Below, in pieces: positions 28,249 to 37,814 of a DNA stretch of 64,000 bases. Position 1 is the stretch's first letter. Each line of letters opens with the position of its first letter. The position numbers and the translations under genes were made by a program. A model generated the notes under the pieces. The model saw only the letters and a list, made by a program, of their open reading frames with translations. It had not been told where the DNA came from and ran no database searches. Location of the stretch: the sequence record PP968062.1; one strand, written 5' to 3'.

Positions 28249-29676
28249 TTAGTCTTTTGCCGGCGCTTTATGCATGGCGACTTCTTGCATGTAGACAGAA
28301 GCGTAGGCTGCAACAGTGCGGGTAACGTACCGAATGATTTCACGAGAACGCGGGTTGGATTCGCGAATCATTTCCAGAGCGGTTTGAGTTACTTTGCGAG
28401 CAGCTGCTTTAGAAGCTTCGTCCAGATCAGCGGAGGTCAGTTGACCTTCGATCTTCTCAACGGCTTTCTTAATAGCTTCGGCACCTTCTTTGATCTTACC
28501 GTGTTCGTCACGAGCCTTCTTCAGGATCTCGATAACGTTACGCAGATTCTTGGTGTTCTTACGCAGAGTGCTCGGATCAGATACCTTCACTTCGAATTCA
28601 GCTGGAGCTTCTTTCGCAGAAGCAGCTGGACCGATACCGTAGACGATACCATCAGCATGCAGTTCTACACGCATATTGCCAGGGAACACATCGTGGTTAG
28701 CACCATAGATATCATCCAGCGGAGCGATAGCGTGACGGAGTTTATCCGACATTTCATCGCCATCACCTTTGACAACACTGTAGCTGTTCAGCAGCTTAGC
28801 CAGGTTCTCGTAATACTTCTTAACTGCGCTCGGATAAACGTAAGCAGAGAAGTGAGCCAGACCCGAGAGAGCTTTGGTATCGTTCAGTTTGGATTTACCG
28901 TTAGCAAACACAGGACCCGGATTACTCAGGATAAAGGTCTTACCGGTACCACTCCAAACATTACCACCCGCTTCAAGAGCTTCTTCTACTTTAGCAACAG
29001 CGTTATCTGCTTTGGTGATACCAGTCATCAGATTCTCAACGCCATCAAGGATAGCGGTAACAATCTTAGCGATGATCTCTTTCAGTTTCTCGAACGCCTT
29101 GTTAGCGTACTCTTTGATATCTTCAACAGAGATCTCAGCACGCAGGATAGCAGAACGATCACCGGCATCATACGATTCGAGACCAGTGGAAATTTTATTG
29201 GTACCCAGGACACGTTCAACTTGTTTGATACCTACACGGAGGAAGGCAGCAGTTTGTTGAGAGATATCACCACGAGCTTGACGCAGGAGACCAGTATAAG
29301 CTTCCAGAGCGTGTTGTGTTTCGATCAGTTCGTCAGCACGTTGTTCCAAGATCTCTTTCTCAACATGAGCATGAGAAACAGCATCGAGAACGCCAGCGGC
29401 TTCAGTTACATCGATAGGACCTTCAACCGGAACGATCTCGACAGGGACTTCAGTCGGAACAGGTTCAACAACATCTGCACCTACGGCACCGATTTCAGGA
29501 ACCGGAGTAGGAACAGGGAGTTCTTCAGGAACAGTGGTACCAACCACCGGAGTCTCTACGACTTCAACGGGTTGGGTTTCGATAGGAGCTTCTGCAACGG
29601 CAGCAACTTCTGGAGTAACCGGAGCTTCTTGGAACTCTTCCAGGCTACTGGTATACTTATGGATGGATCGTAGCAT
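28249..29676 (-). CDS. internal head protein paralog
   Basis: SLEEF, ALEAY, GLESY, SVEDIKE sites; E/P/V-rich propeptide. Confidence 0.75.
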   Translation of the reverse strand: MLRSIHKYTSSLEEFQEAPVTPEVAAVAEAPIETQPVEVVETPVVGTTVPEELPVPTPVPEIGAVGADVVEPVPTEVPVEIVPVEGPIDVTEAAGVLDAVSHAHVEKEILEQRADELIETQHALEAYTGLLRQARGDISQQTAAFLRVGIKQVERVLGTNKISTGLESYDAGDRSAILRAEISVEDIKEYANKAFEKLKEIIAKIVTAILDGVENLMTGITKADNAVAKVEEALEAGGNVWSGTGKTFILSNPGPVFANGKSKLNDTKALSGLAHFSAYVYPSAVKKYYENLAKLLNSYSVVKGDGDEMSDKLRHAIAPLDDIYGANHDVFPGNMRVELHADGIVYGIGPAASAKEAPAEFEVKVSDPSTLRKNTKNLRNVIEILKKARDEHGKIKEGAEAIKKAVEKIEGQLTSADLDEASKAAARKVTQTALEMIRESNPRSREIIRYVTRTVAAYASVYMQEVAMHKAPAKD

Positions 29677-29736
29677 TACATTTTCCTCAGAGGAGAATCA
29701 TCGCGCGATGATGATTGTTGATAACCATAGAATTGG

Positions 29737-30897
29737 TTAAGATGCGGCACTGAGCTCCATCTCACAGACCTTGTTACGGATGTCTGTAATCGAGTTGATG
29801 CGTGCAACAATAGGACCGTAGCTAGGACGGAGTTTAGGGATGAAGTCCATCACGATGCTGGATACCTGATCCAGAGCTTCACGAGACTTCTTCCAAACGG
29901 TTTCCCCACGGCGATCTTCAAGCTTGATAAGATCCTGAGTCAGACACTTCATCTGGTCATAAATCTTAGCCTCTTCCTTAAACAGCTCACCCAGATTGTT
30001 AGTAACCTGCAAGTTGTGTTTAAGAGTGCGTTCAATTTCAAGACGGCTACGTACGTGATGTTCGTACTCATGTGGACCTTCAGTCATCTCATCGTCATGT
30101 ATAACGTAAGGACCTAGGGAGTCATGGCGGAAACGAATCAGGTAGTTACCAGGAAGGACAATGTCTTTCATGGGGTAGACGATACTGGTATGCTTACCAA
30201 TGAACTCTGAGTTTGCTTCAAAGGTCGTAATGTCACCAGTTTCTACATCATAGCTCTTGAGCGATTTGCATAGGCGATTGATGTTATCAATGACGTACTT
30301 CGGATACGTTTGCACGAAGAACTTCATTACAGCGGTTTCAGCTTTGAAATCGTCCAGGCAGAACTCAGAGCCTGCAAAAAGTTTTGTTGCTCCACTGATA
30401 GTGATCGTAGTGTCACCATTGTGGAATTCCATGCTCGTCTTCCGAGAAGGAGATTGACGAGTCAGTTTCAAGAGTTCTTCTGTTTTCTTTTCAGTACGAG
30501 TAAGACCGCTCGTTACTCGTTGAGCAAGTTGCTTAGCTTCTTCGATGATCTTTTCGATCAACTCAAGAATCTTCTTACCGATTTCTTTTAACTTATCAAC
30601 AAGAGACTCTTGCGATACAGTCGGATCAGTTAACAGGGCTTCAAGCGATACACGTTCTTTCTTACCCAGTACGTGATCAATGTGTTCAAGGCCAACAGCC
30701 ATGAACTTACGGGTTTGTAAACTAAGACCATCTCGACCAGCATCAGTCAGTTGGTCGAGATAGTTTTCAACAGCAATGTGCGCTTCAAACAGTTCTCGGA
30801 ATTCATGTTCGTGATCATTGATGATCATGTCAGGATATTCTTCTTGGGGACTGTCTTTCAACTGAGGGCGGTTAGCCGGGTTTTGACGGGTGTCCAT
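29737..30897 (-). CDS. internal head protein paralog
   Basis: AVENY, SLEAL, SQESLVDKLKEIGKKILELIEKII. Confidence 0.75.
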   Translation of the reverse strand: MDTRQNPANRPQLKDSPQEEYPDMIINDHEHEFRELFEAHIAVENYLDQLTDAGRDGLSLQTRKFMAVGLEHIDHVLGKKERVSLEALLTDPTVSQESLVDKLKEIGKKILELIEKIIEEAKQLAQRVTSGLTRTEKKTEELLKLTRQSPSRKTSMEFHNGDTTITISGATKLFAGSEFCLDDFKAETAVMKFFVQTYPKYVIDNINRLCKSLKSYDVETGDITTFEANSEFIGKHTSIVYPMKDIVLPGNYLIRFRHDSLGPYVIHDDEMTEGPHEYEHHVRSRLEIERTLKHNLQVTNNLGELFKEEAKIYDQMKCLTQDLIKLEDRRGETVWKKSREALDQVSSIVMDFIPKLRPSYGPIVARINSITDIRNKVCEMELSAAS

Positions 30898-30940
30898 TGT
30901 ACGGTCTCATTGAGTTAAACATAGAATTTGGCAAGACAGT

Positions 30941-30971
30941 CATAAAGCCCTCCTTCGGGAGGGCTTTTATG
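30941..30971. terminator. terminator between paralogs
   Basis: AAAGCCCTCC-ttcg-GGAGGGCTTT. Confidence 0.8.
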
Positions 30972-32234
30972 TTAGTACTTAGTAAGCTCGTGTTTAGCGA
31001 TAGTCAGCTTGGCGTAAACAGAGGTTACGATCTGACGTTCAACTTGAGCGATTACATCCAGCGAACGGATCTTAGTGATCAGATTGGAGATAGCACCGAA
31101 TACAGCAGGATCATCCAGTTCAACGGTCAACTTAGCGCCGAGGTCATTGGATAGTTGTTGCAGTTCAGCATTGTGGCGATTCACAGCTGCATCATCAGTC
31201 ATGATACTCAGAACGCTTTCGCATTCTTGAGCAAACTTGGTGATAGCACTGGCAGGACGCAGTTCAACTTCGATAGGACCTTCAGCATCTGTACCTTTGA
31301 TGATCTTGAAGCCGAGGTTATCCATATCCCAGGACAGACGAATACTACCCGGAAGGAAGTCTTGACCAACAGAAGCTTGAGTGACGTTAGTCATCTCAGT
31401 GTGGGTATGATCCAGAACACTTTCGATGTATTCTTGAGCACTACCTTTACCAACGTTGTTAGTAGCGAATTTCATTACCGACATCAGAGCTTTCGGTAGA
31501 CGATCGTACAGGAATACAACATAAGCTTTCTCGTTAGCAATCGTATCATAGGTGTTCTCACCATCGGCTACGATGTTACGGGTATCTTCGATCTTGACTT
31601 TGGTAGACTCTTCATCAACATCGCCCTTACGAGCTTGAATCTCTTCAGCTTTCTTACGTAGATCTTCCGAAACATTGTCCGGTACTGAACCACGCATCTT
31701 ACCGCCAGGATAAGCGGGGAATGCACGAGAAGCCAACATAAGTTGTTGAGCAGCTTGTTTGGTTTTAGCCTTAGGACCAGCCAGTTTCTGATAAACAGCC
31801 TTAGCACGTTCGATCAGTTTAGCAATGAACTCCATGATACGCTTGCCAAGGGCCTGTACACGCTCTTTAACGTCCTCAATCGACACAGTGGTAGTCTGCA
31901 AGCCGTCACGCAGAGAACACGTCTTAAACGCTTCCAGAGACAGTGCTTCGCGCTGGATACCAAGACTAGCATCGATCTGTTTCATACCAATCCGCATCAT
32001 GGCAGCGGACTGTTTGGTGATACCTTTATCACCAGCTTGTTTCAGGAGTTGAGAATATGCTTCGAGGGATTCAGCGACACCTTCGAGTTCTTCGGATTCA
32101 ACTACTTCTTGTTCTGCAACTTCATTTTGGAAGTCGGATACGTCTTCAATCTCGACCTGGATATCCTCAGCAGGTTCGATGATCGTGTCAGCGGGTTCTG
32201 TATTTACGTTACAGGGCATTTCGGTGTCTAACAT
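30972..32234 (-). CDS. internal head protein paralog
   Basis: SLEAY, SLEAF, SIEDVKERVQALGKRIMEFIAKLIE. Confidence 0.75.
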   Translation of the reverse strand: MLDTEMPCNVNTEPADTIIEPAEDIQVEIEDVSDFQNEVAEQEVVESEELEGVAESLEAYSQLLKQAGDKGITKQSAAMMRIGMKQIDASLGIQREALSLEAFKTCSLRDGLQTTTVSIEDVKERVQALGKRIMEFIAKLIERAKAVYQKLAGPKAKTKQAAQQLMLASRAFPAYPGGKMRGSVPDNVSEDLRKKAEEIQARKGDVDEESTKVKIEDTRNIVADGENTYDTIANEKAYVVFLYDRLPKALMSVMKFATNNVGKGSAQEYIESVLDHTHTEMTNVTQASVGQDFLPGSIRLSWDMDNLGFKIIKGTDAEGPIEVELRPASAITKFAQECESVLSIMTDDAAVNRHNAELQQLSNDLGAKLTVELDDPAVFGAISNLITKIRSLDVIAQVERQIVTSVYAKLTIAKHELTKY

Positions 32235-32250
32235 GATTGCCTCGAAAAGG

Positions 32251-32293
32251 GAGTTGGATTACATAGCATAAAGGGAGCCGAAGCTCCCCATGC
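32251..32293 (-). promoter_or_regulatory. terminator hairpin followed by late-promoter-like CTATGT element
   Basis: 21/23 identical to 35002-35024. Confidence 0.6.
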
Positions 32294-32295
32294 TT

Positions 32296-34983
32296 TTAAC
32301 GAGTGGATGCATCCATCCAGTTCATCAGACCACGGATGTAAGTGAAGTAGAACTCCCACTGCCCACCACCGGCCTTGAAGAATGTAGCTTCGCCATCGTT
32401 ACCAAACTCGGCAATCTTACTTGCCAGTTTGACACACCATTTCTGAGTGTCATCTTTGGTATACTGAGCGATGTTACGGATGACATCAGTGTACTTACCA
32501 GTGCCAGCCATGTGAGCAGGAACGAAACGACTAAACAGACCGTGTTCGTTTACGACGTTGAAGGTTTCCCACCAAGTCTTACCCATAGAAGCTTCCCAAT
32601 AACCTTCTACGTAATCGATAGCTTTAATGATTTCAGCAGCAGCTTCAGCAACCTGTTCTTGGGTCATTGCAGGGAGAGTAACTTCAGCGTAAGAGTGAGC
32701 CATACCGGAGTTGTACTTAACCGGTTTGAACTTCTCAGCATCGAAGCTCGGCATTGCGTCGTACATCTTCTGCGCTTTCTCAGGATGGGTGCGATACTCC
32801 ATCTTGATCAGATAGTCGGTATACGGTTTAACAGATGCCGCTGCACGAGTGAATACAGATGCGTTACCACGAAGGGTTTGATTCAGGTGGCCAACCGCTT
32901 TAGCAATAACCTGTTTGAAATTATCATCCAGAGACGGGTCACCTTTGAACTTAACCTCACCTTCTACGAAGCGACGATTCTTCAGCCAGTTCGGATCAGC
33001 AAAAGTCTTAGCGATCTTTTCTTTGGCGGCAAGGTAACGTTCAGGTTGTAAATCTTCTTTGCGACCATGAATCATCGCATTGAAGAAATGACCTACTTCG
33101 TCGAAGAAACCTTCGTTAGAGAATACCAGGGGGTCATGGGACTCCATACCGGCACCTTTAACTTTCAGGTTGTTCAGGCATGCTTCCAGATACATCGCTT
33201 TACCGGACGAAGTATAGGTGACAAGAGTTGTAACCATTTGCAGGTTCATTTCTTGGATCATCTTAGTGATAGTACTAACGTACAGTTGTTGCAGTTCTTG
33301 AGTGTAACGTTCATCACCACCAGTACGGGCAGCTTTGATAGCTTCCTGAGACTTCTTCTGAGCGGAATCAACAATGCGAGTAATACGATCAGACTTACCA
33401 GCATTCTGATAGAACTTCTGGAGTGCCTTCAATTGAGTTTCAATCTGACCACGTTCAAGAGCATCGAGTTCTTCGCCAACGCGATCATCAGTAGCACGCT
33501 CAAGAATCAGTGCATGCCCTTCACGGATAATCTTACCACCACCAGGCAGAGCTTTCTCAACTTTGTCTTTGTTGGATTCGAGGCGTTGTTCAATGATAGC
33601 TTTGAACTCAGCTACGCCTTCACTCGAAGCTTCCATCTTAGCCAGTTGCTGACCAAGGAAGACAACGTTGGATTGCATAGCCATCGCGGCAGATACAGCC
33701 AGATCGATTACAGCTACTTCAGCAGAGGTATCAGTACCTACGAACTTACCGTCGGCATAGAAAAAGCGAGCTTTAGAAACTTTGATCTTCTCGTTTTCGG
33801 CGTAAGCGTTACGAGGCGTCTCAGCGATTGCGGTCAATGCCTTCTGTACACGGTCTTCAGCGCGGCTACGTTCGAAATCGAAGTTCTTCAGGTACTCAAC
33901 GAGCTTAGCCCAAAGTTCTTGGATCTTCTTGTAAATAGCACCACCGATTTGTTTCATACGACCAGTGATGGTATCTTCATTGACGTCTACCGATTCCATA
34001 GCGGAACGAGGAGTAGTGTCGAAAGATTCCAGACCAGTTGCTTTAGTCTTCAGACCAAATGTACGATCGATGTGCATCAGACTCGAATGCAGTACAGCAG
34101 CCGATTGCTTGGAGATACGACCGGACTTAACGATATCGTGATAAGCTTCTAGTGCAGTCTGTGCATCATGGAGCGAATCAATACTGGAAGATACTTGTTC
34201 GATACGATCGTGCGCCAGTTGAGTGGATTCATCCATTTCAACATCAGCAGCAGTCATCGGTTCAGCAGGAGCAATTTCTTCGATCGGATGAGCTAGAGGT
34301 TCGCCTTCAATGTTTTCATTCGAGGGCTTCTCTTCTTCCGAGGTTTCGCTTTCTTGAATTTCTTCACTGGCAGCTGCTTCATGGGCTTCTACCTGCTCAT
34401 GAGCTGTGGGTTCTTCAGCAGGAGTCTCGGACTCTACTTCAGATTCAGCTTCTGTTTCAGAAACGGGGGTTTCCATTTGAGTGCTGGGAGCAGCGGGATT
34501 CTCAATTGGCTCAGGAAGAGCATTCTCTTCAACCACTTCGGTGTCCGTGGATTCTTCGCTAACTTCCTCACTAGGAGTTTCGTTAACAGCGGGTTCAGTA
34601 GCCGCACCAACATCTTCAGGAGTAATAGCAGGTTCATCGCTGTTCTCGCGTACTACTTCAGACTCGGAACGTTGAGCTTCGATATTCGGCTTCTCACCGG
34701 TACCGTCCCATAGGGGTTCATGAGCATCACCGAAGTCTTCATGACCATAGATGCCTTGACGAGTAACCCACTCACCTTTAACGAATACCCAGTCAACACC
34801 GTTAACGTGGTATACCGCACCTTCTTCCGGATTCTCGGGAAGGTCTTTGGTAGTGGTCAGTGCTTTTACAGACGTCTCTACGGATTCAACCGGAACATCA
34901 TGGGCGACACCGTCGCCAATCGATTCGTTAGAAAGAGTGGCTTTACCACCACCCAGGTGCTTTTGCAGATTATGAATAGACAT
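32296..34983 (-). CDS. internal head protein, large (acidic propeptide plus two domains)
   Basis: 895 aa; SNE, ALEAY, GLESF sites and an internal AGME...SNEGFF. Confidence 0.75.
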   Translation of the reverse strand: MSIHNLQKHLGGGKATLSNESIGDGVAHDVPVESVETSVKALTTTKDLPENPEEGAVYHVNGVDWVFVKGEWVTRQGIYGHEDFGDAHEPLWDGTGEKPNIEAQRSESEVVRENSDEPAITPEDVGAATEPAVNETPSEEVSEESTDTEVVEENALPEPIENPAAPSTQMETPVSETEAESEVESETPAEEPTAHEQVEAHEAAASEEIQESETSEEEKPSNENIEGEPLAHPIEEIAPAEPMTAADVEMDESTQLAHDRIEQVSSSIDSLHDAQTALEAYHDIVKSGRISKQSAAVLHSSLMHIDRTFGLKTKATGLESFDTTPRSAMESVDVNEDTITGRMKQIGGAIYKKIQELWAKLVEYLKNFDFERSRAEDRVQKALTAIAETPRNAYAENEKIKVSKARFFYADGKFVGTDTSAEVAVIDLAVSAAMAMQSNVVFLGQQLAKMEASSEGVAEFKAIIEQRLESNKDKVEKALPGGGKIIREGHALILERATDDRVGEELDALERGQIETQLKALQKFYQNAGKSDRITRIVDSAQKKSQEAIKAARTGGDERYTQELQQLYVSTITKMIQEMNLQMVTTLVTYTSSGKAMYLEACLNNLKVKGAGMESHDPLVFSNEGFFDEVGHFFNAMIHGRKEDLQPERYLAAKEKIAKTFADPNWLKNRRFVEGEVKFKGDPSLDDNFKQVIAKAVGHLNQTLRGNASVFTRAAASVKPYTDYLIKMEYRTHPEKAQKMYDAMPSFDAEKFKPVKYNSGMAHSYAEVTLPAMTQEQVAEAAAEIIKAIDYVEGYWEASMGKTWWETFNVVNEHGLFSRFVPAHMAGTGKYTDVIRNIAQYTKDDTQKWCVKLASKIAEFGNDGEATFFKAGGGQWEFYFTYIRGLMNWMDASTR

Positions 34984-35001
34984 ATCGATTCTCTGACTTG
35001 T

Positions 35002-35054
35002 GAATTGGATAACATAGCATAAAGGGGAACCGCGTGGTTCCCCGATATGACGTC
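35002..35054 (-). promoter_or_regulatory. terminator hairpin followed by late-promoter-like CTATGT element
   Basis: GGGGAACC/GGTTCCCC stem, then CTTTATGCTATGTTATCCAATTC. Confidence 0.6.
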
Positions 35055-36351
35055 AACGCAGACGCTTCTGTTCTTCTTCCGTAGGTTTACGAAGAGGAGC
35101 TTGATAAGCCTTAAGTTCCAAGTCAGCTACAAGAGCAAGACTTGCGATCAGGCGAATCATTCCAGCGAGTGTGTTGTTATAGTCGATGATCATCCGCATG
35201 ACGTTATTGAGAATCATGGTTAGATCGTTAACAACGTTGGATACGGCTGGGCGAGCTTCATCACGCTCCTCTTCACCCGGTTTCTTACGACCTTGGCTCT
35301 GGCGGAGTTGGCCAGCTTTAACACGGATCTTCTCGGCAGATTGTTCCAGCTTCCGTAGTTGCACGGAGATCTTCTGGTCATAACCTTTACGGGATTGGAG
35401 ACGCTTAGCCAGTCCAAGCAATACACCTAGACGTTGACGGATAGCGTTTACAGGAGATACCTGAATAACATTATCACCATCGTTCATTGGCTTCTGTTCA
35501 GGGACCGTGTAATACTTAAAACGGAAGTCACGGATAGAGTTAACCATGAACTGCCAGTCTTTAAGTTTCTCGGTTTTGGTCTCGCTAGGTCCAGAGAAAT
35601 AAATGGCCTTGTTACCCTGAGTAAGTCCAGAACGGAATAACGTTGCATTAACCCGGAATCGGTCGTCTTGTTCTACTTCAATAGCACCCTTCATCCAGCG
35701 CTTGGCGTTGAAGATCTCAAACCGGATGGTAGAGTCATCAGTCCACTCTTCGTCTAGAGTAAGTGTATTGAAGGTCTTATCAATTGCAACAAGATAAGGA
35801 ATAAAGACTTTGTCATAGAAGTCGATGGTGTTCTGGGTTTGTTCCAGAGCAGGACGAATCTCTGTCGGAGAGAACTCGCCATTGATATTGAACTTCTTCG
35901 CTTTCCTCAGTTCGATCTCAGGTTTGAATGGTTTCGTCTCATTCAAGTTAGAGGCCATTTCGTAAAGCATATTGATGCGCTCTACGGTTCGATCGATACC
36001 AGCCATCAGTACTTTAGCATAGCCGTATAGATCACTGTTCGCTCTTTTAATTTCTACTTTTGTGCGTTCCCAAACCTGCCTGCTAGAATCACTAATATCC
36101 TCGGTAGAAATAACATTAGTGAAGCCGAATTTATCAACTGCATAAGCAAGCATCTCAGGGCTAGTGGTCTCGTAGTTATTCTGAATAAAAGTATCCAGAC
36201 GTTCTAGAGATTCCATCCCAGTGAAAAGCTTATCCAGTTTTTCTGCGCAAACATCGAACTCGTTGAAGTCAGCTTCAATCGAGACGGACAGATCGACGGG
36301 TGTTACCCCGTCGACTGCGTTAGGTTGGGAATGGTCAACTGAGTCAACCAT
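35053..36351 (-). CDS. head protein (phiKZ gp92-like), processed
   Basis: 432 aa; GMESL, STEDI sites; synteny. Confidence 0.65.
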   Translation of the reverse strand: MVDSVDHSQPNAVDGVTPVDLSVSIEADFNEFDVCAEKLDKLFTGMESLERLDTFIQNNYETTSPEMLAYAVDKFGFTNVISTEDISDSSRQVWERTKVEIKRANSDLYGYAKVLMAGIDRTVERINMLYEMASNLNETKPFKPEIELRKAKKFNINGEFSPTEIRPALEQTQNTIDFYDKVFIPYLVAIDKTFNTLTLDEEWTDDSTIRFEIFNAKRWMKGAIEVEQDDRFRVNATLFRSGLTQGNKAIYFSGPSETKTEKLKDWQFMVNSIRDFRFKYYTVPEQKPMNDGDNVIQVSPVNAIRQRLGVLLGLAKRLQSRKGYDQKISVQLRKLEQSAEKIRVKAGQLRQSQGRKKPGEEERDEARPAVSNVVNDLTMILNNVMRMIIDYNNTLAGMIRLIASLALVADLELKAYQAPLRKPTEEEQKRLR

Positions 36352-36361
36352 GGACCCCTCC

Positions 36362-36901
36362 TCAGTTATTTATCTTTTCAGGGACACTACCAAACAACAT
36401 GTTCAGTGTGTACATGAGATCGTCAAAGCCACCTTTCCGTTTCAGCCATGCTTGAAGCATTGCATCTACATCCGGAGACAGACCGTAGCTCAGGAACAGC
36501 TCAGCGATATCACGACGGTCTTCGATCAGTTGAAGACCAGCCGGCGGCTCAGCAGTAAGAAGCATCGGCCAGGAATGAATGCTCATCCGACGTGTACCAG
36601 TTGCAATGAAGCGAACGGTATCTTTCAGGAAAGCGTAGTTGTGATCAGCGATCAGTGCGTTGTTGTCTTGACGGATGAACCAGTTATAGTTACCATCAAA
36701 CTTAACACGTGCTAGGTCGATTACACGCTTACGGAATTCCCAATAGACGGTACGACGAGGGAAGTTGGTATACTCGATCATCAGCTCAACTACCCGAGGA
36801 TCACCTTGACGCATGGTGAAACGTTGAGTAGCTTTAGCTTGACCACCGGAATACTCACGGCTAGCATCGAAAGGTTTGACTGCATTAGTAGGCATGGTCA
36901 A
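36362..36901 (-). CDS. conserved hypothetical protein (phiKZ gp91-like)
   Basis: 179 aa; AAGGAG RBS; synteny. Confidence 0.65.
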   Translation of the reverse strand: MTMPTNAVKPFDASREYSGGQAKATQRFTMRQGDPRVVELMIEYTNFPRRTVYWEFRKRVIDLARVKFDGNYNWFIRQDNNALIADHNYAFLKDTVRFIATGTRRMSIHSWPMLLTAEPPAGLQLIEDRRDIAELFLSYGLSPDVDAMLQAWLKRKGGFDDLMYTLNMLFGSVPEKINN

Positions 36902-36905
36902 CTCC

Positions 36906-37799
36906 TTAGTTTACGCCGGCACGTTCTTCGATCTTAGCGATCTCGTATTCGTAGGCGGAGATACGACGCTCGTAAGCTTCGATTTGTTTCTGAAGTACAG
37001 GGCTGGTCGGTTCTTTAGCCAGAAGAGCACGCAGTTCTTCCAGACGAAGCTGGAGACCGTAGTATTCTTCTTGAGCTACGTTGTAACGTTCAGCTTGCAT
37101 TTCAGCAATCAGCTTGCCGATAATCAGGAACGGGTTTTGACGAGGCGAGAAGCCAGCCATACCCAGCGGGTCAGTCTTAGTCAGACCGAGGTTCTGTTGA
37201 GCGACTTGGAAAGTAGCTTCGTCAACAGTAGCATTAGAAGCAGCATTCAGCTTAGACTTCAGAGCTTGAGGTTGCAGAACCATTGCCGGGTACAGAGCAG
37301 CAAACTGCTCCATGTTGGTTTCGATCCAATCGGATTCCGCCGAGGTCCAAGCGGCACGGGTAGCTTTACCATGAAGGGCAGCTTCTTGGGCAACAAGGAA
37401 CAGAAGGTACTTACGACCGAAGCGAATGTAGAAAGCCAGACCTTCAATGAACTTGAGCATGTTAGCCCGGTCGAAGGTCAGGTTGGTGTTGGTGAACTGG
37501 ATAGAGAACAAGCTACGGATTTCTTTACGGATAACTTCGAAGTTACCACGGATGTTGTCCAGAGAACCGAGCATCAGATCGATAGCCGGAGAGTTAAAGT
37601 TAATCCCACGGCGCAGTACCATTTCCATCCGCTTAGCGAGATTGGATTTCAGGGGAATACCCTGGAAGGCCTCCCGAACGTCTGCAACGATCGGGGCCAG
37701 TGTATCGTCATATTCAGTCTGGAGTTGATCCAGAACGTTCAGCAGTTGACGACGCTCCATTACAGGTGCAAGCTGCTGGACATAGTTAAGAATACTCAT
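36906..37799 (-). CDS. inner-body/head protein (phiKZ gp90-like)
   Basis: 297 aa, helical/coiled-coil C-terminus; synteny. Confidence 0.65.
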   Translation of the reverse strand: MSILNYVQQLAPVMERRQLLNVLDQLQTEYDDTLAPIVADVREAFQGIPLKSNLAKRMEMVLRRGINFNSPAIDLMLGSLDNIRGNFEVIRKEIRSLFSIQFTNTNLTFDRANMLKFIEGLAFYIRFGRKYLLFLVAQEAALHGKATRAAWTSAESDWIETNMEQFAALYPAMVLQPQALKSKLNAASNATVDEATFQVAQQNLGLTKTDPLGMAGFSPRQNPFLIIGKLIAEMQAERYNVAQEEYYGLQLRLEELRALLAKEPTSPVLQKQIEAYERRISAYEYEIAKIEERAGVN

Positions 37800-37814
37800 C
37801 TGTCATGTCCTTAG

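Noticed and set aside
24383-34152. Long plus-strand ORFs (24383-26113, 28270-29673, 33067-34152) and Ser-rich frames
   Set aside because: Mirror translations of acidic low-complexity head proteins (F/S-rich from GAA/GAG codons)
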